The translations under genes were made by a program, and so were the position numbers. The notes below the pieces were generated by a model. The model was not told where the DNA came from. It did no database searches and worked only from the letters and a program-made list of their open reading frames with translations. 64,000 nt of DNA from the human T2T-CHM13v2.0 reference genome, Homo sapiens, in NCBI RefSeq assembly GCF_009914755.1, contig NC_060933.1; one strand, written 5' to 3'. This document shows, piece after piece, positions 37,280 to 54,115 of this stretch (its first letter is position 1; every line of letters begins with the position of its first letter).

Positions 37280-37485
37280 CTGGAGGCACGTGCACAGGCT
37301 TTTGCTAGTCATCACAATGACTCAGCGGCATAGGTATTAGTAGGTCCAATTTACAGAAAAGGACACTGAGGCTCAAAGCGATCACTTAGCAATCACCCAA
37401 GGGCAGCAGACACATCTTTAGTGAGAAGGTGAGTGCGTCAGGAGTTACAAAATCTGTTTGATTTTGAACCTGTGCTCTTTCTGCT
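37280..37485 (-). mobile_element. MIR SINE
   Basis: ccaatttacagaaaaggacactgaggctcaaag. Confidence 0.6.
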
Positions 37486-37489
37486 CCTT

Positions 37490-37645
37490 CGGTGCTTCTC
37501 AAACTTTAATGTGCTTATGAATCACCAGGGCATCTTAAACTGCTGATTCCAATTTAGCAGGTCTGAGGTGGAGCCAGAGATTCTGCATTTCGAATAAGCT
37601 CCTAGGTGAGGCTGAGGCTGCTCCCCTGAAGACCACACTGGAGCT
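37490..37645 (+). mobile_element. MER5A-like MITE
   Basis: gtgcttctcaaactttaatgtgc...gaatcacc...gattctgcatttc...gaccacact. Confidence 0.8.
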
Positions 37646-38454
37646 GAAATATGCACGTGGTCTTCACCAGGCCCCTCTGGGTACACCGGCATCAAGGAGG
37701 CAGCCCAGATAGAGCTGTCGAGGTTATCATTTACAGCAGATTTCTCCTTTCGCTGACTGGCTTTGATCAGGGTTCCAATGGATGGCTAGCAAGAGCTAAT
37801 TACAATCCCAACTAATTCACTGTGTCAGTTGTTATTCATTAACAAATTATGTTCCTGACAAACTGCTCTAGTGTGGTACCCTAAGTACTGTAATTAAAAT
37901 CTTAGAAAGTTGCATGTGGGCCTAATTGATTTCCTTAATGTATTACTCAGACTAAACATTCCATTATTTTGTGTCTTGATGTTTATGAAGGGGCGGAACT
38001 GCTGCTGCCACCCAGGCGGCAGATAGATCCATCTCTGGGTTAATGGGGGAGCTTTTCTGCTCTTGGGTCCTACTCAGTTCCCCAGCAGCACTGCCCAGGC
38101 ATTCAAATGACAGTGGCGTTTCTCTCCTCCAGAAGTGTTTACATAGAAAGGGATGGAGGGCAATTGGAATTACGTCTATAATTTGTATTTCCTTCTTGGG
38201 TTCCCAAGCTTTCAAAATTTATGATGACTCTTTAGCGTTGCTTCCCGAGGCTGTAATGATCCCATATCCTATAGCTCCCCGTTTACCACTGAGCACCATG
38301 AGGCAGAACAGGAGACGGAGCTGGGGTCAGTATCTAAAAATGTCTGTGCTTCGTCCAAAGCCGTGTGTGATGCAGACAAATCCAAGTGTATTTGGCAAAT
38401 GTGGAATGTTATGAACAGCCAATATGTATACTGCAGTTCACTGAATTGGACTAC

Positions 38455-38810
38455 GTTTATTCATTCATTCATGTATTCAACAGCCTCTGAATAAGCACCT
38501 AGCACGGGCCAGGCCCAATGCTAGGTTTAAAACACAAATAGAAAACAATCAAAATAAGCACAATCGTAATAACAGCAAACAGTCATGTATTGTAAGCCAG
38601 GCACTGTTCTAAGTGCTTTAAATATATCCACTCCTTTTATTTTTGCTTATTTCCTTTGAAGAAAGTACTCCTATTATCCCTATTTTACAAATAAGAAAAC
38701 TGAAGCAAAGGGAATTTAAGGAACTTGCCTAAGGTCACACAGCCAGGATTCAGGTCCAAACAGTCTGGCTCTGAGTCCTCGCTTGAACTACTATGCTATA
38801 CCGCCTCCCT
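38455..38810 (-). mobile_element. L2 tail followed by MIR
   Basis: tttattcattcattcatgtattcaacag; ccaggcactgttctaagtgcttta...aacttgcctaaggtcacacagc. Confidence 0.75.
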
Positions 38811-38901
38811 TCAGTATTATAATAATAATAGCTGGTGAGTATTCATGAGTAAATCCTCATGAATAATTTTATACTCACAAACTCACAAAAAACCTAATGA
38901 G

Positions 38902-39338
<437 letters not shown>

Positions 39339-40400
39339 TCAATCTCCACGCATCCTATGTAGAACTAGCAGAGATCTGAGAAATCAAATAGGGATTTGGG
39401 GCCAGCACCATCCAACCAATTTAAATAATCAAACTCCGGGTATCCCTGCCCTAGATCTCCAGCAAATGAAGCTACGGCCCAGGTGGAAAGTGTAGAGCTG
39501 GAATGTGAAGCTGTGGGCTGCCCTCCGCCTCTGCATTAGAGTATCTCTTACACAGCCCTAGTTCTCTGAAGTTCCTTCCTGTGCCCTCTGCCCTACTCAC
39601 CTTCACTCAGCATCCAACACAATGCGGGTGGATCACATGTGTCCAAAGATAAACTTAGCAGGCTCACTATACATTGCATGATATGCTACATACTGTATGT
39701 TAAACTAAAATGTGCTTCATTTGGGAACACCCCTTTTTTTATGAGTGTACATCAAAAATGCAAACTATGAAAGGCAAATATTTCTTACGGTTTCGTAATT
39801 CTTAACAAAAAAAGAAAAAGAAATGCTAGCTATGAGGTCTTTTGGAAGAATTGGGCTATTTTGTTTGCTAGAATAGGAGACAGGGCTTTTTCAATAGGTT
39901 ATTTCTCACGCTGCATGGATGCGTTAAGCGAGGGCTCTCACCTTCTAGTGGCTGCCCCAAGAACGATGTGGTTCATTAGTGTGTTCAAGCCCTTTCCTTG
40001 GTTCTGGTACTTTACATGAGTCAACACCATTACCCTCTGAGTCATTTCCTGTAACCCTGGTTCACAGGCTTCCACATCACAAGTTGTGTTATTTCTGCTT
40101 CTCTTCAACAAGTGCCGTTGCATACACCCAATCCAGGCCCCTCCAAATCACTTTTCTCCTAGATTTCTGCCCCAGGCATCACAAATTCCTTTCCCTCTGG
40201 TTTCTGAGAATGATCTTACTATGCACCATCTTTAGTGAGCTCCTTTCAATAGTTTCCACTCGTGGTTAAGCACTTTCTCCCCTCAGCTAAACCAACTGTG
40301 TATCCTTCCATTGAAATGTCCCACTAGTAGAACAAACTGGCTTTTCATTCATCACTCTCAACACATGATGTTCTTAAATTGTTTTTTAAAATGCATGTGT

Positions 40401-40747
<347 letters not shown>

Positions 40748-41559
40748 TTATTCATATTACTAAGCAAAAACTAGATTTAAGAAAACTAGATTTAAGTTTA
40801 AAATATCGTGTAGATATATTCATCCCAGCAAATTCCATTGTCAATTCTTATGTAGGACTTTGTAGCATTGATGACTTGGCTAATAAAAATGCTGTCGGAA
40901 GTTAAGAACTACTTCTGGGCTAGTGTTCCCTTTCAATAAGAGTTCTTAAAAACACTTGACCAAACTAGGGAACTTGGTTATGCATTACAGATTTTTCTCT
41001 CTACACAAGCCACCATTTTTAAGCAAAGAAGGAGTCAGTGCAATTGTCAGAAAAGTGTCAACCATTCTCTCCAATTTATTTGATATAAAAAAAATCTGGT
41101 TTAGGATATGTATTCAGAATACAGACTATTTGTGAGGCATGATGCTGGTACCTGGTAAAGACAGGATTTCTTTCTTTTTTGTTTGTTTGTTTTTTACTGA
41201 AATGGCCATTGGGATGTTGCTCAGAGTTTTTTAGTGTGGGGAGGCTGAGAGGCTCTCAGGCTCTTTGGAATGAACTTATTTTTGGAAAATTACCAAGATT
41301 GATCCCATAGTTACATAAGTATAAAGCAAGTACCCATTTCTTGTCCTTGGCGACAGCAGTGAAGTCACCATAAATCTGAATGCTGATGGTGCAGATTAAG
41401 ATGCCAACTCTTTTGGCCAGTGATGTAAGTACGTATCTTTAGCCAGGACCATGCCCTTGAAGAGGGGGAGAAATGTTTTGCCCAAATGTGAATCTAGGGC
41501 ATTGGTATTTAAGTGGTATTTGAAGAGTAAATGATAACAACCTTGTGGAATGTACTTTC

Positions 41560-41831
41560 AACAATTTGGGTACTTTCAACTTTTTTTGAAGCACAGTTTT
41601 TAAAGACTTTTTAAAAGATATTTTACATTTTACATTGTATTCCAGTAAACACACGCAACAAATATCTTAACAGTAACAAAATTTCATTAAGCAATACTTA
41701 TCTTTATTATATGTAATGCTTTCTGCTATGTCTATATATTCCTATTTCATTGTTTTTAATGTTGGTCATGTCCCATTTAATTGATACTACAACCTGTTAA
41801 TGGTTCGTAATTTGTAGTTTGTAAAACACTG
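41560..41831 (+). mobile_element. hAT-Charlie MITE (MER113-like)
   Basis: ggtcatgtcccatttaattgat...aatggttcgtaatttgtagtttgtaaaacactg end. Confidence 0.6.
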
Positions 41832-42214
41832 AACTATTGTGATTGCTTTATCTGGATCCAGTGGTCAACCACATTCTGTGAAGGGGAGTGGTTAAGAAAT
41901 GAGTAAGCCTTCCACTGAGCAGAGGAGCACCTTCTCCAGTCTGTGGAGTCCAGGAGGTTTGGGGCCTTAGACTTTAAGGTTTGAGGACCTGTAGTGATGA
42001 CAGCAAGGTACTATAAAATACTTCAACATAGACAGTGAGATACTACGTATGTGCCAGTTAGTTGCAGCTTTAATTAGGAGCGGCCAGGGGTGGTCAGCTG
42101 GCACTTTCACCTTGAGTCCGCCCACCAGTGCTTCTGTTGTCTGCATCTCAATCAATAGTCAAAGCTTCACCATTGAATATCTTACACACTGAATATCAAA
42201 AATGGGTTTTTATT

Positions 42215-42520
<306 letters not shown>

Positions 42521-44228
42521 TTATGCAACATCGTGTTCTATTGATTCACTTAACAAATTTCAGAAATGATCTTTTGTTGGTAACATTAGAAGAATTCTTA
42601 ATGTGTGGACTGGCTAAAATATCTCTACCCCCATCTAATCAGAGTATTAGAATCCAGGGAATCTGGTAGCCTACTACTCTGGGAGACTTGATTGCTAAAA
42701 GGCTCTATGTGCAGCCATCGGTGTGTAGCCATCGATGTGGAATATCCTTGCTATCTGATGTTGACTATAAGGGTAACAGAATCCTGCCTCTGAAGTATTG
42801 GCTTTTGTCTCCAGTGAACAGAAGTTCACGCGAGGTGTTCATCAGAGCATGTAAAAGGCCAGACAGGGGCTATGACTTCATCAAGCCTCCAGAATAGGTC
42901 ATATGAGCCATTTTGTGCTCACTTTCTAGTGAATGTGTGTTTAGCAAATGCCTGCTTGTATAGCAGAATTTGGTCTGAGAATTGCTTTCATTGTAACCCA
43001 GTAGTGAGGTTGTGTGGGAATGGCAAACTGTTACCCCCCCCCTCAAACTTTGGGTGGTTTGTGTTATCTTAAAAAAAAATAATAAAACCTAAGAGCTGTG
43101 ATTATCAAATTGATTATATTCAGTTCATAGGCCCCTTCCTCACTCGCAGATATGTGTGGAGAGTGAAGGATGCTGGAGAAGCAGATAACTTGGGGAATGA
43201 ATGGTTGATAAACATGCCCAACAGCACAGGTGTGTGGGGCATGGGAACGATCCCTGGATTCCCAGAATTCAATTGTGGAGGAAAACTCAACAGAGGAAGG
43301 GTGTTCAAAGGATGGGGGCTCAGGGCCATATTACTCTAGATTGTAAAAGGAAATATGACCTTATTTGGTAGTCAAAGGCTGGTGAGGACTGGAAATCCAC
43401 AGGTCATATTTGAAATCACAGTCTACAACAAGAAGGCTTTTGTTGGCATTCCACTCCATATAAACATTAACATTTAAGTTATGAAGTAGACTTTCTCAGG
43501 GTAATATTGTAGAGGAAAATGTGGAGAGACTCCATGTGTTCCTGAGATGCACCCACTGCTGTGTCCCAGGCCTTTCTGACAAGTCAAACAAAGGGAAAAG
43601 CCCTAATGGAATAACCATTGAGGAAGGGGCTATCTGCATTTTGGGACTATTTGGAAGGAAGCTAGTAGAGAAGGCTTGAGAAGTGTCTGGGAGAGATGAA
43701 GATGGGAGGAAGAGCTTGAGATCTGTGTTGCCTATCGCTCCCTGGCCCAGCTCCATGAACTAGGTCTGATCTGTCTGGGCCATAGGCAAAATCAAAAGGA
43801 GACACTAGGATGTTGCACACCGTGCATTGGGCCTCAGAAACTAAGTATAACACCAAAGGGGAGAGGAAATTTTCTTTTATTGCTGTATGGATCCAACACA
43901 GAGAAAATCCAAGAGATTGCAGAGCCATGTAGGAGCTAGAGAGTCAGGGTCTACATCCTGGGTATCACCTGGAGAGTGCAGACTCAGCACAGGCATCAGC
44001 ATTGTCACCCAAGACATCAGTGACAGTACTGAGGCACAACTGCCGAGGGGCGTCCAGTGGACATTGACCGTGTAAGCCAGAGAGGAAGAACTTAAGATTA
44101 GGGTCATGCAGTTCGGAGCAAGAGCCAAGAAATTTTCATCTTTACCCTCAGTGTGCCTCCGTTGTACCTAAATATACAGGTAAGACTTGAGGAAATTTGA
44201 ATTATATTGGAGAATCTTATTGGAATTA

Positions 44229-44712
44229 TGATGATTTTGGATTTTTCCACAAAAGTAGAGCCCAAGACAAGCGTTTGTGCCAGTAGTTTATCTGGGAAAT
44301 GATCCAGGAAAGAGAGGATAGGAGGGAACAGCACTGTGAGAGGACATTATCAAGTTGGTCACCGCTTTGTGACTAGGGCTTGACCCCACTAAGACCTTCT
44401 GAGGAGCCATGTAGAATATGCCTCATTTATCCGTCATTTATCTATCAGCTCTCATCCCCCATTAGAAAAGGGATGCCCTGTTGGGCTTTAACTCCCCTGC
44501 CCTTTCAAGGTACACATGCCTGAGTGGGTTTCCACAGCCATCTCACAGCACAGCATTTGAGAAGTCCCAGGGCAGAAAAATGTGATGCAGATGAAGTGAG
44601 GCACTGTCAGAATATATTTGTGCAAAACTAGTTGCTGCAGCAATGACTGGAGTAAAATATACACTGAGAAGCTGTGAAGATGTGAAGTGGTACACACAAG
44701 ATGTCTGACAGA
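44229..44712 (-). mobile_element. 3' LTR (LTR33-like) of an ERV-L provirus
   Basis: cagtagtttatctgggaaatgatccagga...gtagaatatgcctc; abuts a PPT-like caggagatgtac on the minus strand. Confidence 0.7.
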
Positions 44713-46610
44713 GTACATCTCCTGCACTGCTCAGCTCCACTCATGCCCTACATTATTAAATCCTGTTCACCAGAGAGCTCAAGGTGGTGGCCAACCACAG
44801 TCTCTACAAAGGTTTTAATATGGAAAGCTTCCTGAATAAAGCTATAGTCCCTATTGCTGCAACTGGTGGAAGGGGTTTGATGCAATCAAACTGTTACTAG
44901 GTGCCTGTTTGGTCTCTTCAAGTGATGGGGCCATTTAGAGCATTAATATCAGTCTCTGTTGTTGCCAGGTTGGGCCCTCAGCTTTAATGAGATGGAACCC
45001 AACGCCATTGCAGTCATGTATAACTTCCATCCTTGTACCATATAACCACTCTACCATAAGCCCATTGCACAGAGCTGGAGTGGCTGAGACAGAGGGTGGC
45101 TGAAATCTGCAGGACAAGTGATCTGTCAACTCAATTGATGACGGCCTCCTCCAGATGACTGTTCTTCACTGGGCATTACCATGAGACACAGAAAGCCAAT
45201 GCTTTATGCTTACTTTCATGGGTCCATGGACATGCCTCTTACTTACACTTCTTGTCTTTGATCGTCCAAGCTTGCCTTTTTTAGGGCCTTGATTAACGAC
45301 CCAAACCATTTGCCACTGCCCAAGACTCTACGTACATTGCCACTTCAGGGCATTTCGCCCACCATAAAAAGTAACTGCCACTGCACTGTTCTCAGCTTTA
45401 CTCACTTCCCCTTTACCACTTTCTTTTAGGGGAACACCCTTCAAGGCCATGCCTGGGTGCTATATCCCCCGATCTTATGATTCTGAGGGCAGAATCATGC
45501 CCAGATCATGATGGGTAGCATCTATTCATAATTATTTGATGTCCTATAGCCAGGTACTCATTCTCTATTAGAAGCCAGAACATGCCAGGAGGTGCTCTTC
45601 AAATGGAGACTATTTCTCTGCTGCAGAAGGCATGTCCTTTGCCCCAGAACCCTACTGATGTATATTATGATGCTCTTATTGGAGTTTGCAAGAATATCCA
45701 CACACCTTGTTTATCCACAACAGACTCCTTTAGCACCATTAACCTCGTTGGCTTATATCCAGCCTGGACCTGCTGCAAAGCTCTCTCTTGCTCTGGCAGT
45801 ACTCCCAAGGGCTTCCCTCCAAATTCTAAGCAGCTTACCAAGCACCATGACTCTTTCTCAGTGGTAGGAGGATGCGAAGTGCAACTACTTGTCACTTATC
45901 TCAAAAAGCATGTCCTGGTAAGTCCCAGACCATTGAACTTCTAAAATATTCATTGACTTGGAAAGCCCCTTAATCTTTATGGGGTTGTCTCCTGCCCTCT
46001 GGCATGCATTTGTCCTATTAGAACATCCAGACTACTTGTCACTTCCTACTCACCAGGTCCAATTAGCATGATGTCACTAATGTAGAGGATCCTCATGACA
46101 TTCTGTGAAATGCCATAATGATCAATGTTCTCGTAGACTATATTATGGCAGCAAAAAGTAAGATAACATCTCTGTGTCGAGGTAGTGAATGTATACTTGC
46201 ATCCCTCCCACATAATGTGAACTTACTTTTGAGCCTCCTGAGTCATGGGTATTAAAGAGAATGCATTTGCCAGATTAATTACCACATACATTATACCAGA
46301 ATAATGAAAGCTGTGCTGATCTACCCAGGGAAAAACTCCACATTTCTCCACAGCGTCTGTAATTGGGGCCATCATCTGCCATAACCCTATGGCTTTTATA
46401 AAAGTCATACAGATAATCAAATAGGAATATGATAAGGACCACCATCCCTACAGCCTTTAAATCTTTAATGATGACATTAGCCTCTGCAATTCCTCCCAGG
46501 GTATGGTATTGATTCTGAGTTACTATCTCAGTCACAAAAAGACAAATGAGGGGGTTCCCACAGCTTCAGGGCCTTCCACTTAGTCCTTTCTTCCCTGATG
46601 GCACAACACA
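44713..46610 (-). mobile_element. ERV-L internal pol remnant (RT, RNase H, integrase start)
   Basis: QNQYHTLGGIAE..IKDLK, INLANAFSLIP, YISDIMLIG (YIDD position, 46073-46084), PEQERALQQVQA, integrase-like PTWQQQR. Confidence 0.9.
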
Positions 46611-46614
46611 GAAT

Positions 46615-46907
46615 ATGCCATAGTGTTTTCTGCCCAAGGAATGGATGGAGGTAGCCCTTGTCCACTGGCTTTTATCTCCCTATTAGTCAGGATTGCCCCT
46701 GATCTTCAATCCCTCAACCCTTCCAGATTTTGCATGCATGAGAGCTAAGTAGCCACCATATCAGTGATGTTCCAGGGCATAAGAACAGATGCAGCTGAAT
46801 GGAGGTACTATCAAAATACACCTGCACAAAGCTAGTTGTCACATCTGTAATTAAAGCAAATGGTGGCCAAGAAAATGTGAGGTGGTGTACACAAGTTATC
46901 CTATATG
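46615..46907 (-). mobile_element. Partial 5' LTR of the same ERV-L provirus
   Basis: Colinear with 44435-44712 (ccagggca..gatgcag..actagttg / gctagttg..atgtga(a/g)gtggt..acacaag). Confidence 0.75.
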
Positions 46908-47057
46908 GTGGTGCACTACCAATCTTTACTGCTTACTAATTAGTTATGACCTCCCACATCCCCATCTAATTCATTACTAATTAATTGCTACCTCTAGAAT
47001 AGCACAACGTTGGCTTGCCCAACTCCTAACTTCATGATGCCATTAAGTAAAAGACTA

Positions 47058-47473
<416 letters not shown>

Positions 47474-48317
47474 CTAACTGGGTTTATCAAATCAAAAAAG
47501 AATCCTAGTCAATTTCATGTGACCCACAGAAAGCATAGAATGCCATAGGCCCCCCTGAGAAGTGTTAGATGAGGCAGGGTCCTGAAAGATGTCGTGAAGA
47601 AGCTAGCCTCTACATTCAATTATAAAATTTAAAAAGTAAAAGCCTAGTTTTTCATAAGCTAAAAGGGAGTATATGGCCCACTTGATGAGAAGTCCCTTTC
47701 CTTCCCTAACTACTTGGAAGAAATACCCTGTCAAGTGAGTTGAGGCCCTAGGATAGGCAATTAAGTGAGCAATGAAGCCTATGACAGCAGCTTCTTGATT
47801 CCCAAGACAAAGACTGGGGAAGGAGTAGTGCCAGACCCTGAAAAGGAAGCTTAGGAATTGTCCCTGGATTGAGGCTCAGCAGGGCTGCAGTGCCGGTTCC
47901 CTGAACAACACAGAGAAGAGGAAGTTTAAAAATCCACAGGAAGAGCCTCAGTTAGGTACAAACGATAATCCTTATATTCAGAGGGATATACAGTTCATGA
48001 AACTTTTGCCTCAAGGTTTTCTTCTTTTGGTTTGATCTTAACTACAAGGGAGCAGGGGGCGTACCCTGTAGCCTCTCCTTCTGATCCCCTTCTGATGTCT
48101 AAACCTTTAAATTTGATTTTCCTTTTTTGGCCCTGAACCCTTGAAGAGCAGAAAATTAACATTGTGTTTCTAAATTTGTCCAGAACAAATGTTCACTGCT
48201 GCTGTAAGGATTCTCTTCCTACTCAGGTGTAAAGCTTTCAACCCCTGGATCAAAAGTTGATATGTTGTCCCTTTTTTGCTTATCTATCTTTTCTAAATTT
48301 TCTATAATGAACATGTT

Positions 48318-49720
<1,403 letters not shown>

Positions 49721-50110
49721 AATGTGTTTTTAAAAACTAACAAGGAACAGGAATGTTTTTTCTGCTACCTCGTGTTGACTAGTGTGTCTCTAAGATGAAC
49801 TATATTCTTAAATAGCAAACATTTAAGAACTGATAAGCTTCCCCATACACAAGAATCGTAAATATCCAACTGCATACATGGTGCAGGTAAAATAATCTAT
49901 TGCATCATTTTTACCATTTTTGGTGTAACAGAAATGGAAAAGTAATAGCTTATGAATTAGCATATTTATTTAATCTATCATTCAAAAAATACATCATCTA
50001 AACTTTTTCAACTGAAATATTTTTGGTTCTCAAAAAAATATGGAAAAAAAAATTCCCTAAAATATTCTCTAAACTTTCAGGTAGATGGGTTCTGTCTATG
50101 ACTTTGCAAT

Positions 50111-50386
<276 letters not shown>

Positions 50387-51211
50387 TGCAATTTATTTTT
50401 TAATAGATATCCATCCTAGCGTTTTCCAGGACCTGAAAGCTTTCATGAAAAAATAAATGTATTAAATATCTTCTATGTTTGAGGAGCTGTAATAGATTTG
50501 GGGAATATAGAAATGTTGCAAATGCTTAATTTTCAGTCTAGTATCCTGTAAAATGTTGTGTTTCTGGTAATGCTTGGGAGATTTTATCATTTTGGAAATG
50601 CTTTTGCTTAATTAGATTCGCTAGTGTTCTAGGAGCCAAGGATTCACAGACTGCACTTTTAAAGGGATGATATTTTCACATTTCCTTAGTACAGTTCTTT
50701 TAGTAACAATATTTATATAAAAATTATTATGACGTGTGAGTCATAATATTTGTTTTAATTCTCAAATTACCTGGTAACCACTGTTAATAGTTTGGTATAT
50801 AAACACTAAGAGAGCCAGTAAGTAATTTGTTGTATTTACATTTGTACTTTTCTCTGTGCTATTACATACACTTACACACACACACACATACACATCTCAC
50901 ATGTACATAAATAGGTTAAAATTTATATCATTTCTTCCAAGGAAAATGAGATTATCCTATAGACAGGTGTCTGAAACTTGCTTATTCACCTGTGAGTACA
51001 TCACAAGTATCTCTTCAAATTAATACATGAATATCTAACTCACTATTTTTAATAGCTGCAAAATATTTCTCAGTATGGGAAGAGCATAATTTATTCAATG
51101 ATCTCGCTACTGATGGACGTTCACATTTAAATTTTGTCTGTTTTTTTTTAACCCCTATAAACAAAACTACAATAAACATTCATGTGTGCACACACATACA
51201 TGGTATATTTT

Positions 51212-51946
51212 TGTGGATAGCCTCTGTAGCTGACTCTTCAACATCCACTCCCAGATAAACAGTCAAAGCCAAGGATAATTCTATCCCTTTGTTAACGATT
51301 GGTGATAAATGGACAAATGTCCATGATAAATGGACCCAGTTCTGGACAGTGAATGTGAGGGGAAGTTGATCATGGAAGTTGTGAGATATGATTCATAAAA
51401 CTGCTTCAAGGCCGGGCGCGGTGGCTCACGCCTGTAATCTCAGCGCTTTGGGAGGCCAAGGTGGGCAGATCACGAGGTCAGGAGATCAAGAACATCCTGG
51501 CTAACACGGTGAAGCCAGTCTCTACTAAAATTACAAAAAATTAGCTGGGTGTGATGGCCCATGCCTGTAATCTCAGCTACTTGGGAGGCTGAGGCAGGAG
51601 AATAGCTTGAACCTGGAGGCAGAGGTTGCAGTGAACCAAGATCGCGCCACTGCACTCCACTCCAACCTGGGCAACAGAGCAAGACTCTGTCTCAAAACAA
51701 AACAAAACAAAAAAAAAACACCTGCTTCAAACACCATGTTCCAACTCAAAGATAAAAATGACAAGGAGGGTAAAGAAAAGAGAAAGAGCCGGGATACTCA
51801 ATGACATTTTGGCACACTGAATTAACCAACCTTAGCGTCTACTCTGTTTTCTGGGCTTCCTTTCAGGTGAGAGATACATTTCTTACTATTTAAGCCAATT
51901 TAGTTTTTCTGTTTGTTATAGCAAAGAACACATCCTATCAGACATA
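51212..51946 (+). mobile_element. MLT1J-like LTR split by an Alu
   Basis: gacccagttctggacagtga; ctcaatgaca...aattaaccaacc; tttcttactatttaagcca. Confidence 0.65.
51411..51718 (+). mobile_element. AluS (Sc8-like)
   Basis: Full dimer, (AAAAC)n tail; TSD ctgcttcaa. Confidence 0.93.
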
Positions 51947-52317
51947 CCTCATGTATAGTTTTATTTCTGTGACAAAAATTTCCAAAAGAGGGTTTGCTGT
52001 ATTTTTACTGTATTTGAGTCTGACAGATTACAATCCAAAAATACTGTAACAATGCATACTTCTATCAGCAATGGTATATAGGAATGCCTATTTTCCCCAT
52101 ACTTTCACAAGGAAAGGAAAGTATCAACTATATGAATTGTAATTCAGTTTCAAGTAATAGGTAACTAACCCAAAGGGGCTTAAATTTAAAAGGGAGGTTA
52201 TTTGGCTCATATAACTGAACAGTCCAAGAGTAGATGTGTATTCAGATAGGGCTTGGTTCACAATATATGTGAATCAATCCATGGAACAGAAGAATTAATG
52301 CAGGACAAGGAAAAAGA

Positions 52318-52376
52318 AATATATAAATATATAAAAATATATATAATATAAAATATATAAATATATAAATATATAT
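52318..52376. repeat. AT-rich low-complexity (TA/TAA) tract
   Basis: Directly visible. Confidence 0.9.
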
Positions 52377-52851
52377 GTGCACATGTGACACCACTATTTT
52401 AAATTTTTCCCAATATATGAAAAATATGGCATTTTACTAGCATTTTTCTAAGCAAAGTTAGTCGAAGTGAGATTTGAATACAAATCAAATGACTCAGAAA
52501 TTCTTTTACCTATACCCTGTATTATATCCTTCACATCAGCTCCATTTGAAATCCTGAACTATAGAAAGCCATGAAAGAAATAAAATACTGTCTAGCAGTT
52601 CTATGAAGATTACAAAAGATTTAGAAATTCTGCCTGGGAAAACTTAGTGATATGCTAAATTTTTACAGCCTATAAAATAATGTATCTTCTCAAGAACAAT
52701 TAAGGGTTTAATTGTTGCCTTTTGTTGAGGAAGAATCATGGAAAGATATTGAGTAGCAGGCAGAGGAAAGGAATCAAATTAGAGCCAGAAGGAATCAGTT
52801 TAGTCACAAAAATTCTGTTTCTCAACAGAAAAGGTCCCACACAGGGCTGGG

Positions 52852-53243
52852 TGTAGTAGGTCTGTGTTGCTTGTCTGCCCTGCACCCTCCTCCGGTTCAC
52901 ATGGTCCTGATGGAATTGTGAAAGATTGCCTCATCATCCTCAACTCGAGAGCCATCATGTGACCCAGGCCAACCAATCAATATGCCCCATCCCTCTGGTC
53001 ATAGTGAATGGTTCTAAGATGGGCATGTGACATAAGTGGAGCCCATTAGAATCCTCCTTAGGACTTTTCTGCCAGAGTAATTAGAAGAGAATATCTCTTT
53101 TCCATTGGGGTTGATAGCCTGTCATCTTCATGAAGCCAGCTGTAGCCCTGAATTTCCAATTCGTGTGGTCAATAAATTTCTTATTTTGCCAGGGTTGCTT
53201 TGTTCAGTTTTCTGTTCTCCAACAAAATGTTTTTAAGCAATAT
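52852..53243 (+). mobile_element. MLT1K/L-like LTR
   Basis: catgtgacccaggccaaccaatca...gggcatgtgac...aataaatttc. Confidence 0.7.
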
Positions 53244-53869
53244 TGTGGGTCACTCACAAGTCTGTTGTTGCTCCTTCTTCTGAGGCTATTAATATGAGAG
53301 AACTTATGTGCAGAAGGAGGATGGTCAAATGACACCTCTAGAGGTTGGTTGCATCTCATCAGGGATCTGTCTGATGGTGGATGTAATGGAAATAAAAGAG
53401 AATGCAGGGCTGGTGTGATTCTCACTTCAAATTCCCAGAAACTCATTCATTGACCCCACATTCTTTAAATACGATTTCAGAACTCATAGGTGAGACATAT
53501 TTAAGTGATTTACAATACATAATGAATAAAGCTATAATCTTTTTTTCCTTTGAGAAAAAAAAGAAAAGAAAAGTTGATTCCTATTTACAATTATTCACAC
53601 AAACCAGATTCTGGACCAAGTGTCAACTGCTGTGTGATTAGCCAAAAGAGTACTTCTTAAACAGTCCTTTCTAAAACTCAGCTAGTCAAGCCAATTTATC
53701 CATCAGGATGTGAGTTGGAAGCCAGGCTATGATGGTTAGAACCATAGCCAAATTAAAGCCTTTCTGAGAGCCTTTGTAACTTGGGGTTTGAAGGGAACAG
53801 AAGGAGCTGAACTGAGCTCTAACCCGAAGGTGTTTAGATTCTATGGAGAAGGAGAATAACGTCAGACTA

Positions 53870-54115
53870 TGATAAGAATGGCCACCATTTGTGGAGCTGC
53901 TTCTACAGGCTAGGTACACTGCACGTTTTATCCCATTTAATCCTCACAACGATTTTGTAAAGGAGGCATAGTTAACCCATGAGTATTCACATGGGGAAAC
54001 TGAGGCTCACAGAAATCAAGGTTTGTCCAGAGTTACATAACTGGTACATGAAGGATCTAGGCGTCATGTTCAGTTCTAGCTTGTCCAAGGTCTGTGCTTT
54101 GGGTCTCTTCCCTAA
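53870..54115 (-). mobile_element. MIR SINE
   Basis: cccatttaatcctcacaac...ggggaaactgaggctcacaga. Confidence 0.8.

Larger units (their letters stand above)
50740..52110 (-). mobile_element. L1ME-type fragments interrupted by an MLT1 LTR
   Basis: aaaatgagattatcctatag; ttttaatagctgcaaaatatttc; acttctatcagcaat...gcctattttcccca. Confidence 0.6.

Noticed and set aside
40767-40796. 15-bp tandem duplication aaaactagatttaag x2 (similar small duplications at ~26276 and ~51303)
   Set aside because: Ordinary replication-slippage duplications.
44935-46535. ERV pol ORFs as an active retrovirus
   Set aside because: Catalytic motif altered (YISD), with multiple stops, frameshifts and deletions.
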